This document shows, one piece after another, positions 48,895 to 58,518 of a stretch of DNA of 64,000 nucleotides (the first letter of the stretch is position 1; each line of letters begins with the position of its first letter). Below the pieces are notes generated by a model. It was given only the letters and a program-made list of their open reading frames with translations, searched no databases and was not told the origin of the DNA. The stretch is from Verrucomicrobiia bacterium (GTDB lineage: Bacteria; Verrucomicrobiota; Verrucomicrobiia; Limisphaerales; UBA1319): contig OY760937.1 of the NCBI GenBank assembly GCA_963664225.1, positions 704,001 through 768,000 of the forward strand, given 5' to 3'. The position numbers and the translations under genes were made by a program.

Positions 48895-51735
48895 CTATTT
48901 TGTCCCGCGCAGTTCATTCAACAAGGCGGAAACCTTCGATGCTTCCGATGTGTTGGGCGGGGCGAACTTTTTATATTGCTCGAAATTCCGAATGGCTGCG
49001 GCGGTATCTTTTCGTTTGATGGCGATTTCTCCCAGTCCATAGAAGGCCCGATAATAATCGGGGATCAATTTGAGGAGCGTCTCGTAATCTCTTTGTGCGT
49101 CGTCCAAACGGTCGTTTTGAAGATTGGCGATGGCGCGGTTTAACCGGGCGGGTTCGTTCTTAGGCTCGGATTCCAGGACGCGGGTCAAGGAAGCAACGGC
49201 CTGGGGGTAGGCTTTAAGCTGGATGCACAGGGCGCCGTGGTTAAACAGGGCCTTCATATTATTGGGATCCAATTTGAGCTGCTGATCGAGAGCGGAGAGG
49301 GCATTGGTGAAATCCCCGGCCTGGAGATAGAGTTGCGCGAGGGTTTCCGGCAGGGAAGGCTCACCCGGATCCCTGCGGCGGGCGTCCTGAAGTATTTTAA
49401 TGGCCTGGGGCATGTTGGTCTTGAAGGTGTAGGCCCAAGCTTCCAGGCGCTCCAATTCATGTTGATTGGCCAGGCTTAATGCGGGCGCGTTGGTTTGCTG
49501 GCGCGTGGCCGCGACGATTTCGAGGGTGCGATCCGGCAGGTGCCATTTTAGATACATGTTGGCCAGCCAGACGGAGGCTTCGAGGTTGCCGGGTTGAAAG
49601 GTGAGCACGCGCAGGAATTGCTGGGCGGACAACCGGATGAATGGCGGATCGGAAAGGGCAAAATTCTCACCCCATTGCATGCAGAAACGGGGCTCGTCGA
49701 AGGGCCCGTTGAGCCGCAAGAGGTCTGTCCAGCGCCGGTATTTCTGACGCATTTTTTCCTCGAACGTGGGTTCCAACTCGACCGCGCGTGTCTGCCCGGA
49801 CGTCAGATTTTGATTGTACTTCTGGTTTACAAAAGCGACTTCATTGTCGGGATTAAAATGAAGCGCGAGTGCAAAGGCCTGGGCTGCGGCGGGCAGAATA
49901 TTGTTTTTCTGCAATTCGACGCCCCAAACGTTGGCGGAACGGGAGAGGAAGAAGGAGGCAAATTGGGCGTCCGGCTGGGCGGTGTCGGCATCCTGTGAGG
50001 ATTTTCCAGCAGGGAAACCGGTTTTGATGCGGTTCCAAAAAGCCTGATTGGCGGTGACTGTTTCAGGGGACAGCGGGGGAGGAGTCACCTGACCCGACTG
50101 ATAAGGCTGCATTCGATAGATCAGCCCTTTTGGCTCCGCGGAGAGGCTTTCCATGAAGTAATTGAGGGGAGGGTGGGCATAGAAAACCTCACCCGTGCGG
50201 GCCTGGGCGGCTGTAAAAAGGTGAACATTGACGGCTGAAATGGGTTCGGAAAAGCGTTCGCCGGTGAGGACGTCGGACCATCGCTCGCCGTAGCGTTTGT
50301 GCAGGAGATGGTGATAGGACTTGTAGTAGAGGCTGCGGGTATCGACGAAGATATGGTTGTTGGGCGCGCCACTCCGCTGGATGGCGGCTTGAATCAGGAA
50401 AAGGTAGATCGGGTCGTCGCTCAAAACATAGGCCCCCTGGGCTGGCAGGCTTTCGGTCATGGCCTGGGCCAATTGGTATAGGGTGGGACCATTTGTGCTG
50501 CGAATGCCGGCCAGATTTTTATAGATGAGACCGGCCGGGACGACGATCAAGGCCAATAAAACCAGGCCTGCCAGTAATTTACCGAGCAGGCGGACGCCCG
50601 GCTGGCTGGCATGGCGGCGTTTTTCGGGTTCGGAACCAAAGACGAGCAGGAAATAGCCGCTGAAATATCCGATGCCCAAGGCGCTCAAGAAGTAAAGGGG
50701 CAGGAAAGGCAGGCCGAATCCACGCACGCGCGGGCTGAAGGGGGGATCAAACATGACCCACAGACAGATGCCCAGGAAGAAGAAGTGCATGACACGGAAC
50801 ATGACGGTGGTGAGAATATTGCCGACGATGCTGGTGTCTCCGACGGTGGAAGGGAAACGAAAACCCATGGCGAAAACCGGCAGCAGGGAAGAAAGCGCGC
50901 ACAACAATAGAACGTAACGGGGAAAATTAAGGAGGGCATTCTTCTGCATCGCAATTTCTGTTTTAATCAGCTGCCAGAAACCGACGCCGGATTTGGCGGA
51001 AATAACGTCCACGAGCGGGAGGGCCAGATAAAGCAACAAACCCAGGCAACCCAGGAAGAACATGCGTGTAAAAAAGCGTCCGCTGAAAAAGGCGACGCCC
51101 TTCATCCAAATCATGGCCACGATGTAGAGGGGCAGGAAGGCGATCATGGCCCAATTGTTGGTGATCGCCAAACCGTACACCAAGGCGGATCTAAAGAGAA
51201 AGCGATCCTCCTGTTCGAGGCGGAATTGGAGGAGCGAGCAAACCACGTAAGCAAATAAAAGAGCGTTGAGCGCTTCGCCGGTGGCAGCGGTGGCGTGTTC
51301 CCACCATGTGAGTTGCAGGCCGCAAGCCAGAACGGCGAGGATGGGAGGGATCCAAGCGGTGGGAATGCTCAGGAGGCTGTAATCGCTGCGTTCGCGAATG
51401 CGCTGGTCGCGAGTCCTGTCGTGTGGGAGAAGGGCGACGGATTTGGCGAGCAATGCCAATGCCCCGGCGGCGCAAAACGCGGAAAAGACATTCAGGATCA
51501 ATAGCTGCCAACTGCTTGGAAGCCAACGGATTGGGTATGTGATAAAATAAAACAGCGGAGCTTGCAGGGTCAATGACCAGGAATCCCATTGGGCGATTTT
51601 GGCCACATTGCCTATACTTGCGGTGGTGACCCAATGGTTAAGGGTGACCAGGTAGATAATGAGAACAGCCAAGGCGGCGAGCCAGGGCAGTATTTTCTCG
51701 TTAAACTCGCAACGCTTATTTGCCATTGTATCCAT
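48895..51735 (-). CDS. DUF2723/TMEM260-like polytopic membrane protein with C-terminal TPRs (putative GT-C glycosyltransferase)
   Basis: IYLVTLNH, APLFY, WEHATAA, GLAITNNW, LLLYLALP; multiple TM helices; TPR repeats. Confidence 0.7.
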   Translation of the reverse strand: MDTMANKRCEFNEKILPWLAALAVLIIYLVTLNHWVTTASIGNVAKIAQWDSWSLTLQAPLFYFITYPIRWLPSSWQLLILNVFSAFCAAGALALLAKSVALLPHDRTRDQRIRERSDYSLLSIPTAWIPPILAVLACGLQLTWWEHATAATGEALNALLFAYVVCSLLQFRLEQEDRFLFRSALVYGLAITNNWAMIAFLPLYIVAMIWMKGVAFFSGRFFTRMFFLGCLGLLLYLALPLVDVISAKSGVGFWQLIKTEIAMQKNALLNFPRYVLLLCALSSLLPVFAMGFRFPSTVGDTSIVGNILTTVMFRVMHFFFLGICLWVMFDPPFSPRVRGFGLPFLPLYFLSALGIGYFSGYFLLVFGSEPEKRRHASQPGVRLLGKLLAGLVLLALIVVPAGLIYKNLAGIRSTNGPTLYQLAQAMTESLPAQGAYVLSDDPIYLFLIQAAIQRSGAPNNHIFVDTRSLYYKSYHHLLHKRYGERWSDVLTGERFSEPISAVNVHLFTAAQARTGEVFYAHPPLNYFMESLSAEPKGLIYRMQPYQSGQVTPPPLSPETVTANQAFWNRIKTGFPAGKSSQDADTAQPDAQFASFFLSRSANVWGVELQKNNILPAAAQAFALALHFNPDNEVAFVNQKYNQNLTSGQTRAVELEPTFEEKMRQKYRRWTDLLRLNGPFDEPRFCMQWGENFALSDPPFIRLSAQQFLRVLTFQPGNLEASVWLANMYLKWHLPDRTLEIVAATRQQTNAPALSLANQHELERLEAWAYTFKTNMPQAIKILQDARRRDPGEPSLPETLAQLYLQAGDFTNALSALDQQLKLDPNNMKALFNHGALCIQLKAYPQAVASLTRVLESEPKNEPARLNRAIANLQNDRLDDAQRDYETLLKLIPDYYRAFYGLGEIAIKRKDTAAAIRNFEQYKKFAPPNTSEASKVSALLNELRGTK

Positions 51736-52120
51736 AGGTTGTGGAAATGTGATTTAAACCCAATTATTTGTAATAGCAAGGCTTCCGTGACTTCTTTGTA
51801 ATATATTCAGCGTCGATTCCAAAAGAACAGGGCCACCGGCGATGGTTGCATGACAAAATTCTTCGACAAGGAAGCAAGGGCGATAAAAGGAGCCCCTCTC
51901 TCCAGCTCTCTCCCCACTCGTGCCAATTCAGGTTTTGGGGCGAGAGAGAAGAATCGCGCGATCGGTTTTTTGGATCGACTGTATTCATTCGCCCTATAAA
52001 CTTCCATGGCCTTTTAGAGACTTTTTCGGCATGCCGAAGGTTTTGTCCAGCGCCCACCAGCGATGTCAGCCCCAGCCACTCGCGGCCTTGTCCAAGAGGC
52101 GGTCGAGGAACAGGACCGGA

Positions 52121-52925
52121 CGGCTCGGCAGGAGCCTCGCCCTACCAGCCTCGCCCTACCGTTTGGGCGGCTCGGCGGGAGCCTCGCCCTACCGCTTGGG
52201 CGGCTCGGCGGGAGCCTCGCCCTACCCGTTGTGCGGCTCGGCAGGAGCCTCGCCCTACCGTTTGGGCGGCTCGGCGGGAGCCTCGCCCTACCAAGTCTCG
52301 CCCTACCGTTTGGGCGGCTCGGCGGGAGCCTCGCCCTACCGCTTGGGCGGCTCGGCGGGAGCCTCGCCCTACCCGTTGTGCGGCTCGGCAGGAGCCTCGC
52401 CCTACCAAGTCTCGCCCTACCGTTTGGACGGCTCGGCGGGAGCCTCGCCCTACCCGTTGGGCGGCTCGGCAGGAGTCTCGCCCTACCCGTTGTGCTGCTC
52501 GGCGGGAGCCTCGCCCTACCAGCCTCGCCCTACCGCTTGGACGGCTCGGCAGGAGCCTCGCCCTACCGTTTGGGCGGCTCGGCGGGAGCCTCGCCCTACC
52601 AGCCTCGCCCTACCGCTTGGACGGCTCGGCAGGAGCCTCGCCCTACCGTTTGGGCGGCTCGGCGGGAGCCTCGCCCTACCGCTTGGACGGCTCGGCAGGA
52701 GCCTCGCCCTACCGCTTGGACGGCTCGGCGGGAGCCTCGCCCTACCGTTTGGACGGCTCGGCGGGAGCCTCGCCCTACCGCTTGGACGGCTCGGCAGGAG
52801 CCTCGCCCTACCGCTTGGACGGCTCGGCAGGAGCCTCGCCCTACCGCTTGGACGGCTCGGCAGGAGCCTCGCCCTACCGTTTGGGCGGCTCGGCGGGAGC
52901 CTCGCCCTACCGACCTCGCCCTACC
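52121..52925. repeat. Tandem array of REP-like units (22 full 26-bp cores, 33-bp period, plus 6 partial units)
   Basis: Core CGGCTCGGC(A/G)GGAGCCTCGCCCTACC with 7-nt linkers; reverse complement begins GGTAG and contains a GGCTC...GAGCC hairpin. Confidence 0.95.
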
Positions 52926-54105
52926 GGTTTTTATTTCGGCGCAGATCGGCCACGCATTCGATATGTTGGGTCTGCGGAAACATATCCACGGGAGTGACCT
53001 GCGCCAGTTCATAGACCTGTTCCCGGCATAAAACGTTCAAGTCTCTTGCCAGAGTCGCGGGATGGCAGGAGACGTAGAGGATCTGACTGACGCCTGAATC
53101 GCGCAAATTCTCCATGCTTTGAGGGGGGCAACCCACGCGCGGCGGGTCGAGAATGACGGTCGTTTTATCTGGAGAGAATTGCCGGAGCAAGGCCGGGAGA
53201 TGCTCTTCGGTTTTGCCGGAGACGTAGGCGCCGTTTTGAACGCCATGCAGCGCCAGATTGCGCTTTGCGGCCTCGACAGCCAGCCGGTCGTATTCCACTC
53301 CCACGAATTCCTTTATGTCACGGGCAAGCGCGATGCTGAAGAATCCGACGCCGCAATAGGCATCGATGAGATAATGGTTGCCGCTTTGCGTGAGGCGTTC
53401 CCGGACGGCCGCGATCAATGGCTCGAGCATGGCGGTGTTGTTTTGGAAGAAAGCGTCCTTGGGGACCTCCCAGCCGGGGGGAGTTTCACGCAAGGTCACT
53501 TTAAGGCCGCCTTTGGGTGGTGGATTGGCGTGGGCGCGGCGGAGTTGTTCGTTGACGCCGGGCATGGCGATGTCGCACTGCTCGACGTCCACCACCAGCC
53601 GGGAATCGGCGCGGATGAAACCGAGGTGCAAGGCCTGGATGGTTTTGTCCCACTGGCTGCGGACCATGATCCGGTTGCGGTAATTGTAATGCTGAGGGCA
53701 GGGAATGGCCGCGGGGACGGGGGGATTCTCGAAGCCGCCGATTCTTTCGAGGATGTCCCTGACCTGTTTTTGCTTGAGCCGAAGCTGGGCGGCGTAGTCG
53801 TAATGCTGGTATTGGCATCCTCCGCAATCGCCATAATATTGGCAGCGTGGTTCCACGCGTTCCGGGGAGGGCACGAGCACGCGCAACAGACGGGCCCGGG
53901 CAAAGCGTTTTTTAACTTCTGTGATCTCCGCCTCTATGGTTTCGCCGGGCAACGCAAAGGCAACGAAGATGACAAAATCCTCAAATCGGGCAACGCCTTC
54001 ACCGCCGAAGGCCAGATCATGAACTTCCAACGTGACCGTGTTTCCGATCTTGAGGGTCGGGCCGGGAATTGGAATGGTCGTGTGCGTGGCAGGCGTATCA
54101 GTCAT
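52921..54105 (-). CDS. TRAM-domain RlmD/TrmA-family (uracil-5) RNA methyltransferase
   Basis: LAFGGEGVAR, CQYYGDCGGCQYQH, FFQNN, DAYCGVG, LDPPRVG, YVSCHPATLARD, DMFPQTQHIE. Confidence 0.92.
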   Translation of the reverse strand: MTDTPATHTTIPIPGPTLKIGNTVTLEVHDLAFGGEGVARFEDFVIFVAFALPGETIEAEITEVKKRFARARLLRVLVPSPERVEPRCQYYGDCGGCQYQHYDYAAQLRLKQKQVRDILERIGGFENPPVPAAIPCPQHYNYRNRIMVRSQWDKTIQALHLGFIRADSRLVVDVEQCDIAMPGVNEQLRRAHANPPPKGGLKVTLRETPPGWEVPKDAFFQNNTAMLEPLIAAVRERLTQSGNHYLIDAYCGVGFFSIALARDIKEFVGVEYDRLAVEAAKRNLALHGVQNGAYVSGKTEEHLPALLRQFSPDKTTVILDPPRVGCPPQSMENLRDSGVSQILYVSCHPATLARDLNVLCREQVYELAQVTPVDMFPQTQHIECVADLRRNKNR

Positions 54106-55636
54106 GAGATGGGTGAGGGGTCGATATCCCTGCAATCAAGCTTTCCACGGTATGGGGCGCCGCTTCAAAATCGGCTTTCAAGTTCAACGCGGTGAGGGCT
54201 TTGGTGGTTTCAGGCCCGATGGAGGCGAGTTTCATTGTGGGAAAGCGATTCAGTAATTTTGGCAGATCGAAACGGGCGTGGAAGTGTTCCACTGTGGAGC
54301 CGCTGGTAAAGGTGATCCAGTCCGCGCCTCCTTCCAATAAACGGACGGACGCGCCGTGAACGTCTTCCTTTTCGGCAACGGTCTGGTAGCAGGCCACATC
54401 ATCCACGATGGCGCCCATGTCCTCGAGCAGTTTTGGCAGTTCGGGACTGGCCACTTCCGCGCGCAGAAGGAGGATGCGCAGGTTTTCGATGCTTTGGACT
54501 TCAGCGATGGCTTCGATGATGTTTTTAGCGATGAACTCCGCGGGCATGGCATCGACCTGGAGCCTGCAATCTTTAACTTTCCGGGCTGTGGCGGGTCCAA
54601 CGGCCGCGATTCGCACGCCCCCGATATCGCGCAAATCCTGGTGGATTGCGAAAAACAAATTAAAGAACTCGGTCACTCCGTTGGGACTGGTGAAAACGAG
54701 CCAATCGTAGGAATTGAGGCTTTGAATGGCGTCCTTGATGGGGTCCTTCTTTTTTGGGGCGACAATTTTGATGGCTGGAATTTCCAGGACATCGGCGCCG
54801 AGTTCCCGCAGCGGCTGGGAAAGCTGGCTGGCCTGTTCCCTGGCGCGGGTGACCACGATGCGCTGGCCGAACAAGGGACGGCGTTCGAACCATTGGAGTT
54901 TCTCACGCAATAGCACGGAATTACCAACGACCAGAATGACGGGGGATTCCAAATCGGCCTTTGCCGCCTGCGCGACCAGGGTTTTCAGGGTGCCTGGAAT
55001 GGTTTTCTGACTTGCCAGGGTGCCATGCTGAATCAGGGCTGCCGGAGTTTTGGCGGCTTTGCCGTGTGCGGTGAGTTCCTTGACGATTTGCTTCAGGTAA
55101 TCCAAAGCCATGAGGAACACCAAAGTTCCATCCAGCGGCGCGAGATGCTCCCAGTCCATGGGACGTCCGCCGGGTTTAAAGGCTGCGTGAGCATCGATCA
55201 CCACATAGAGCGGACCGGAATCCGAAGAAGTCAAAGGGATGCCGGCATAAATGGGAGCGGCCTCGACACTGGAGACGCCGGGAACCATTTCAAAGGGGAT
55301 GTTTGCCTTGGTCAAAGCGAGGGCCTCCTCATCGGTTTCGCTGAAGATGGAGGGATCGCCGGATCTGAGACGGACGATGGATTTGCCTTGTTTTGCCCGG
55401 GCGGCGATTTGTTTGACGAGTTCCTTGACGGGGACCGCCTGTTTCTGGGGAAGATCGCGTTTGCCGCCGTAAATGATTTCGGCTGTGGGTGTGGCCAGAT
55501 CGAGGATGGCGGGATTCACCAGGCCATCATAAATAACCACATCGGAGCGTCGGATTAATTCCGCGCCGCGGATCGTGAGCAGGCCGGGGTCGCCAGGACC
55601 AGCGCCAATAAAATAAACAGTGCCTTTGGCAGTCAT
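54098..55636 (-). CDS. Uroporphyrinogen-III C-methyltransferase/uroporphyrinogen-III synthase fusion (CobA-HemD)
   Basis: VYFIGAGPGDPGLLTIRG; WFERRPLFGQRIVVTRAREQA, FTSPNGV, FTSGSTV, SIGPETT. Confidence 0.9.
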   Translation of the reverse strand: MTAKGTVYFIGAGPGDPGLLTIRGAELIRRSDVVIYDGLVNPAILDLATPTAEIIYGGKRDLPQKQAVPVKELVKQIAARAKQGKSIVRLRSGDPSIFSETDEEALALTKANIPFEMVPGVSSVEAAPIYAGIPLTSSDSGPLYVVIDAHAAFKPGGRPMDWEHLAPLDGTLVFLMALDYLKQIVKELTAHGKAAKTPAALIQHGTLASQKTIPGTLKTLVAQAAKADLESPVILVVGNSVLLREKLQWFERRPLFGQRIVVTRAREQASQLSQPLRELGADVLEIPAIKIVAPKKKDPIKDAIQSLNSYDWLVFTSPNGVTEFFNLFFAIHQDLRDIGGVRIAAVGPATARKVKDCRLQVDAMPAEFIAKNIIEAIAEVQSIENLRILLLRAEVASPELPKLLEDMGAIVDDVACYQTVAEKEDVHGASVRLLEGGADWITFTSGSTVEHFHARFDLPKLLNRFPTMKLASIGPETTKALTALNLKADFEAAPHTVESLIAGISTPHPSHD

Positions 55637-56025
55637 GCGCGGGGATTTTATGAGGGATTGGGCTTCCGCGCAATGGGAGATGCGGAAAAACGGTTTATCC
55701 CGGATGTAAGACAAAAATCTTTCGCAAGCGAAAAAGGCCATTAAGAGGGCAGGTGAGTAGATGGCTTTTGACGAGTTTATTGCATGGACCAGAGGGACAT
55801 GGTTTCAAAATAAAGAAAAGCCACCTCACCCCGTCCCTCCATCTGGCGACGGAGAGGGAGGAGTATTGGGCGGTTCTGGAGAGATTGGATGGTTTGGGAA
55901 GTGGCCGCCGCGTGGGGTTGGCTGGGGGCAGATTTTTACATGGATGGACAAGATGGGGAAATGGGGAGAATGGAAAATTGACGATGGTCGATTGACAATT
56001 GAGTAGGAACGAAACAGCCGTTGCG

Positions 56026-56098
56026 CGGCTCGGCGGGAGCCTCGCCCTACCAAGTCTCGCCCCTACCAAGCCTCGCCCCTACCAAGCCTCGCCCTGCC
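56026..56098. repeat. Second locus of the same REP-like unit (1 full + 3 partial)
   Basis: CGGCTCGGCGGGAGCCTCGCCCTACC followed by AAG(T/C)CTCGCCC(C)TACC-type fragments. Confidence 0.9.
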
Positions 56099-56127
56099 GT
56101 TGTCGGGGGGAGAGGCGTTTCGTATGT

Positions 56128-57414
56128 TTATTGCAGATCAATAAAGAGCGGGGCGGAGTCCAGGGCAAGGTGGAGTTTGCCCGAGTTCATGGAAAGGGGA
56201 AACGACTTGCCGGTGATGGTTTGGCAGGTGAGTGTCGCCGATAGTTCCAAGCCGGTGTCGATATTCACTTCGTGGATTTCGCGTGTTGTCCAGACGGTGA
56301 GTTTTTGATGGCCTTTTGAATCCTTCCAGATCAGCGCCCAATCCCGGTTGTCATCGAGAGGAATGCTCCGCTTGATGGTGAAGCCTGACAAAAAGCGGGT
56401 CATGCCTTGCACGGCGGTGTAGGAGGGCTTGGGTTTAAGGTCGCTCGTCGTGGTGCCAAAGTTGTGTTCCCTTTCCTTGGGATCGGGACCGTCATTGGTC
56501 CAATCGTACCAGATCGAAATGGGCACGCCATAAAAGAGGTTGGCCATTTGCTGGCGGACGATGAATGCGGCCTGGGTGTCCAGCGTGAGTCCTCCATCCT
56601 GTTGGGTGGCGTAGCCCCATTCGCCGCTGATGATTGGCATTTTGGCCTTCGCAGGGGTGGGGGCGTATTTTTGGATCAGGCCGCGCAGTTTTTGGTAATC
56701 CTCCGCGGCGGTTTCCGGGCCTCGTTTGTAATCGCGATAGGGATGGACGCTGACGGCATCGAGGTGTTCGAGAATGCCCGAGGCGAGGAATTTTTCGAGG
56801 AAGGGCCATGGAAATTCGGAGCTGGCCGGACCGATGATGGCGGCTTCAGGAACGGCCTGGCGCACGGCTTTACAGGTGGCCAAGGCGAGTTCTGTGTATT
56901 GGGTCACGTCGGGTTTGGGTTTCCAGAAGAAAATGTTCGGTTCGTTCCAGATTTCCCAGACGACGGGCTTACCCCGGAAATGCACGGCTGCGGCGGCCGA
57001 CCACCGGGCAAAAGCGGCGACACTTTCGGGATGCTGCGGGGAAGCGGTTTCCTTGCTTTCACCTCCAAAGATGGGGTTTTTCGAGGCGACTTCCTCTTCG
57101 AAAAGAGGATTTGAGTAGTCGAAAATGTAGATGGCACTGAGACCGCGTTTTTCAAGATTGGCGGTCAACTCGTCATAAGCGGACCAATCGTATTCGCCTT
57201 TTTTTCTTTCAATGCCGCCCCAACCGAAATCCATGCGAATGAATTTGAAACCTGCGGCGGCGATCAAATCCAGATCCTTTTCGTGGCCGCGGGTGAAGTG
57301 AATATTCACGCCGACGCCTTTGGGCATGACAAGGTCAGGGATTACGCTTGTGCCAGGGCTGGCATTGGCCATCCAGGGCAACAGACAAAAGGCGAGCAGG
57401 GTTTTAATATTCAT
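56128..57414 (-). CDS. Secreted clan GH-A glycoside hydrolase (GH5/GH39-like)
   Basis: Signal peptide; WEIWNEPN, DAVSVHPY, ISGEWGY. Confidence 0.85.
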   Translation of the reverse strand: MNIKTLLAFCLLPWMANASPGTSVIPDLVMPKGVGVNIHFTRGHEKDLDLIAAAGFKFIRMDFGWGGIERKKGEYDWSAYDELTANLEKRGLSAIYIFDYSNPLFEEEVASKNPIFGGESKETASPQHPESVAAFARWSAAAAVHFRGKPVVWEIWNEPNIFFWKPKPDVTQYTELALATCKAVRQAVPEAAIIGPASSEFPWPFLEKFLASGILEHLDAVSVHPYRDYKRGPETAAEDYQKLRGLIQKYAPTPAKAKMPIISGEWGYATQQDGGLTLDTQAAFIVRQQMANLFYGVPISIWYDWTNDGPDPKEREHNFGTTTSDLKPKPSYTAVQGMTRFLSGFTIKRSIPLDDNRDWALIWKDSKGHQKLTVWTTREIHEVNIDTGLELSATLTCQTITGKSFPLSMNSGKLHLALDSAPLFIDLQ

Positions 57415-57455
57415 AGGATCAATGTATTGACGCAGGAAGGTGCGGTTTATTTAAA

Positions 57456-58412
57456 TTATTCCTCGAATGGGGACGCGGGCGTTGATGGCGCTGGTTTACG
57501 CTTTTGCAGGACGATGTAAATATTATCGGCCAGGTTGCATGCGCCCAGGGCGGACTCGGCCAGGCGATAGAGCCATTTTATCGGTTTCAACCATGGATTC
57601 TGTTTGTATCCGGTGGTTTTTTTCAAGAGGCGCGCCCGGTCTTCATCGGGGACCCGATCCACGCGTTTGAAAAAGTCCTGCAGGATCACGATGGGATTAA
57701 AGTGGGTGGAACCCTGGCCCACGACGTCGAATTGAGATGACGCGCGGGCGAAACGATCGAGGGTGGCGGCTGAAAAGTAATTCACGTGATCGGCGTAAAT
57801 GTAGCGGTAACGCCGGCCCAGAAGGCGGATGGCGAGCGAGCGCCAATTCGGCACCAAAATGTAGATGTGACCGCCGGGATTGATCAGGTCCGCAGCTTTG
57901 GCGAGGAATTGTTCTGGATGGGCCAGATGCTCCATGACCGCCCAGAACGTGATGGCATCAAAGTGCTGGCCATGGAAATCGTGTTCCAGAAATGAGGCGC
58001 GCAGAACAGGGACTCCTTTTTGTTCCGCGTAATCCAGCGCGGCCGAGGCGACATCGGCGCCCAGTATCCGATAATTCAGAGGCCAGCGGGTTTTGATCTG
58101 ATACAGGAACGCGCCGGTCGAACAGCCGACGTCCAGAACATTTCCCGAGATGCGAAATTGGCGAAAAATGCGGAGCTCGCGTTCGAAACGCACGGGCGCG
58201 TAGTCGCTTTCCAATTTGTCCGGCGAGCAATAAAAGGGCTTTCCAATGCGGTCGTAGTAGGCGCCCGTGGCCAATTCGTCGGGGATGGGACTGGCATAAA
58301 CCATGGAGCAATTGGCGCATTGGACCAAACGCAGATCGCCTTTTGCGAAAAGAGGCCGCGCCGTCCGCTCGCCGCAGACAGGACACCGACGCTGGCATTC
58401 GGGACCTTGCAT
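57456..58412 (-). CDS. Class I SAM-dependent methyltransferase with N-terminal Zn ribbon
   Basis: CPVC...CANC; VLDVGCSTGAF; FDAITFWAVMEH. Confidence 0.88.
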   Translation of the reverse strand: MQGPECQRRCPVCGERTARPLFAKGDLRLVQCANCSMVYASPIPDELATGAYYDRIGKPFYCSPDKLESDYAPVRFERELRIFRQFRISGNVLDVGCSTGAFLYQIKTRWPLNYRILGADVASAALDYAEQKGVPVLRASFLEHDFHGQHFDAITFWAVMEHLAHPEQFLAKAADLINPGGHIYILVPNWRSLAIRLLGRRYRYIYADHVNYFSAATLDRFARASSQFDVVGQGSTHFNPIVILQDFFKRVDRVPDEDRARLLKKTTGYKQNPWLKPIKWLYRLAESALGACNLADNIYIVLQKRKPAPSTPASPFEE

Positions 58413-58518
58413 GGTTCTTCAATAACATGATTTGCAGGTTTATGGCAATGATGCGTGAATGGTGAATTGGTGAATCCGAATTGCCAAAACGTTGCAACCA
58501 TGAAGAATCGGGGCGGTC

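Noticed and set aside
52121..52925. CRISPR array
   Set aside because: The linkers are only 7 nt and redundant rather than unique 25-45-nt spacers, and there are no cas genes.
51846..53031. Three long repetitive + strand ORFs (322-383 aa)
   Set aside because: All three frames are open only because the repeat lacks + strand stops; there is no protein-like content.
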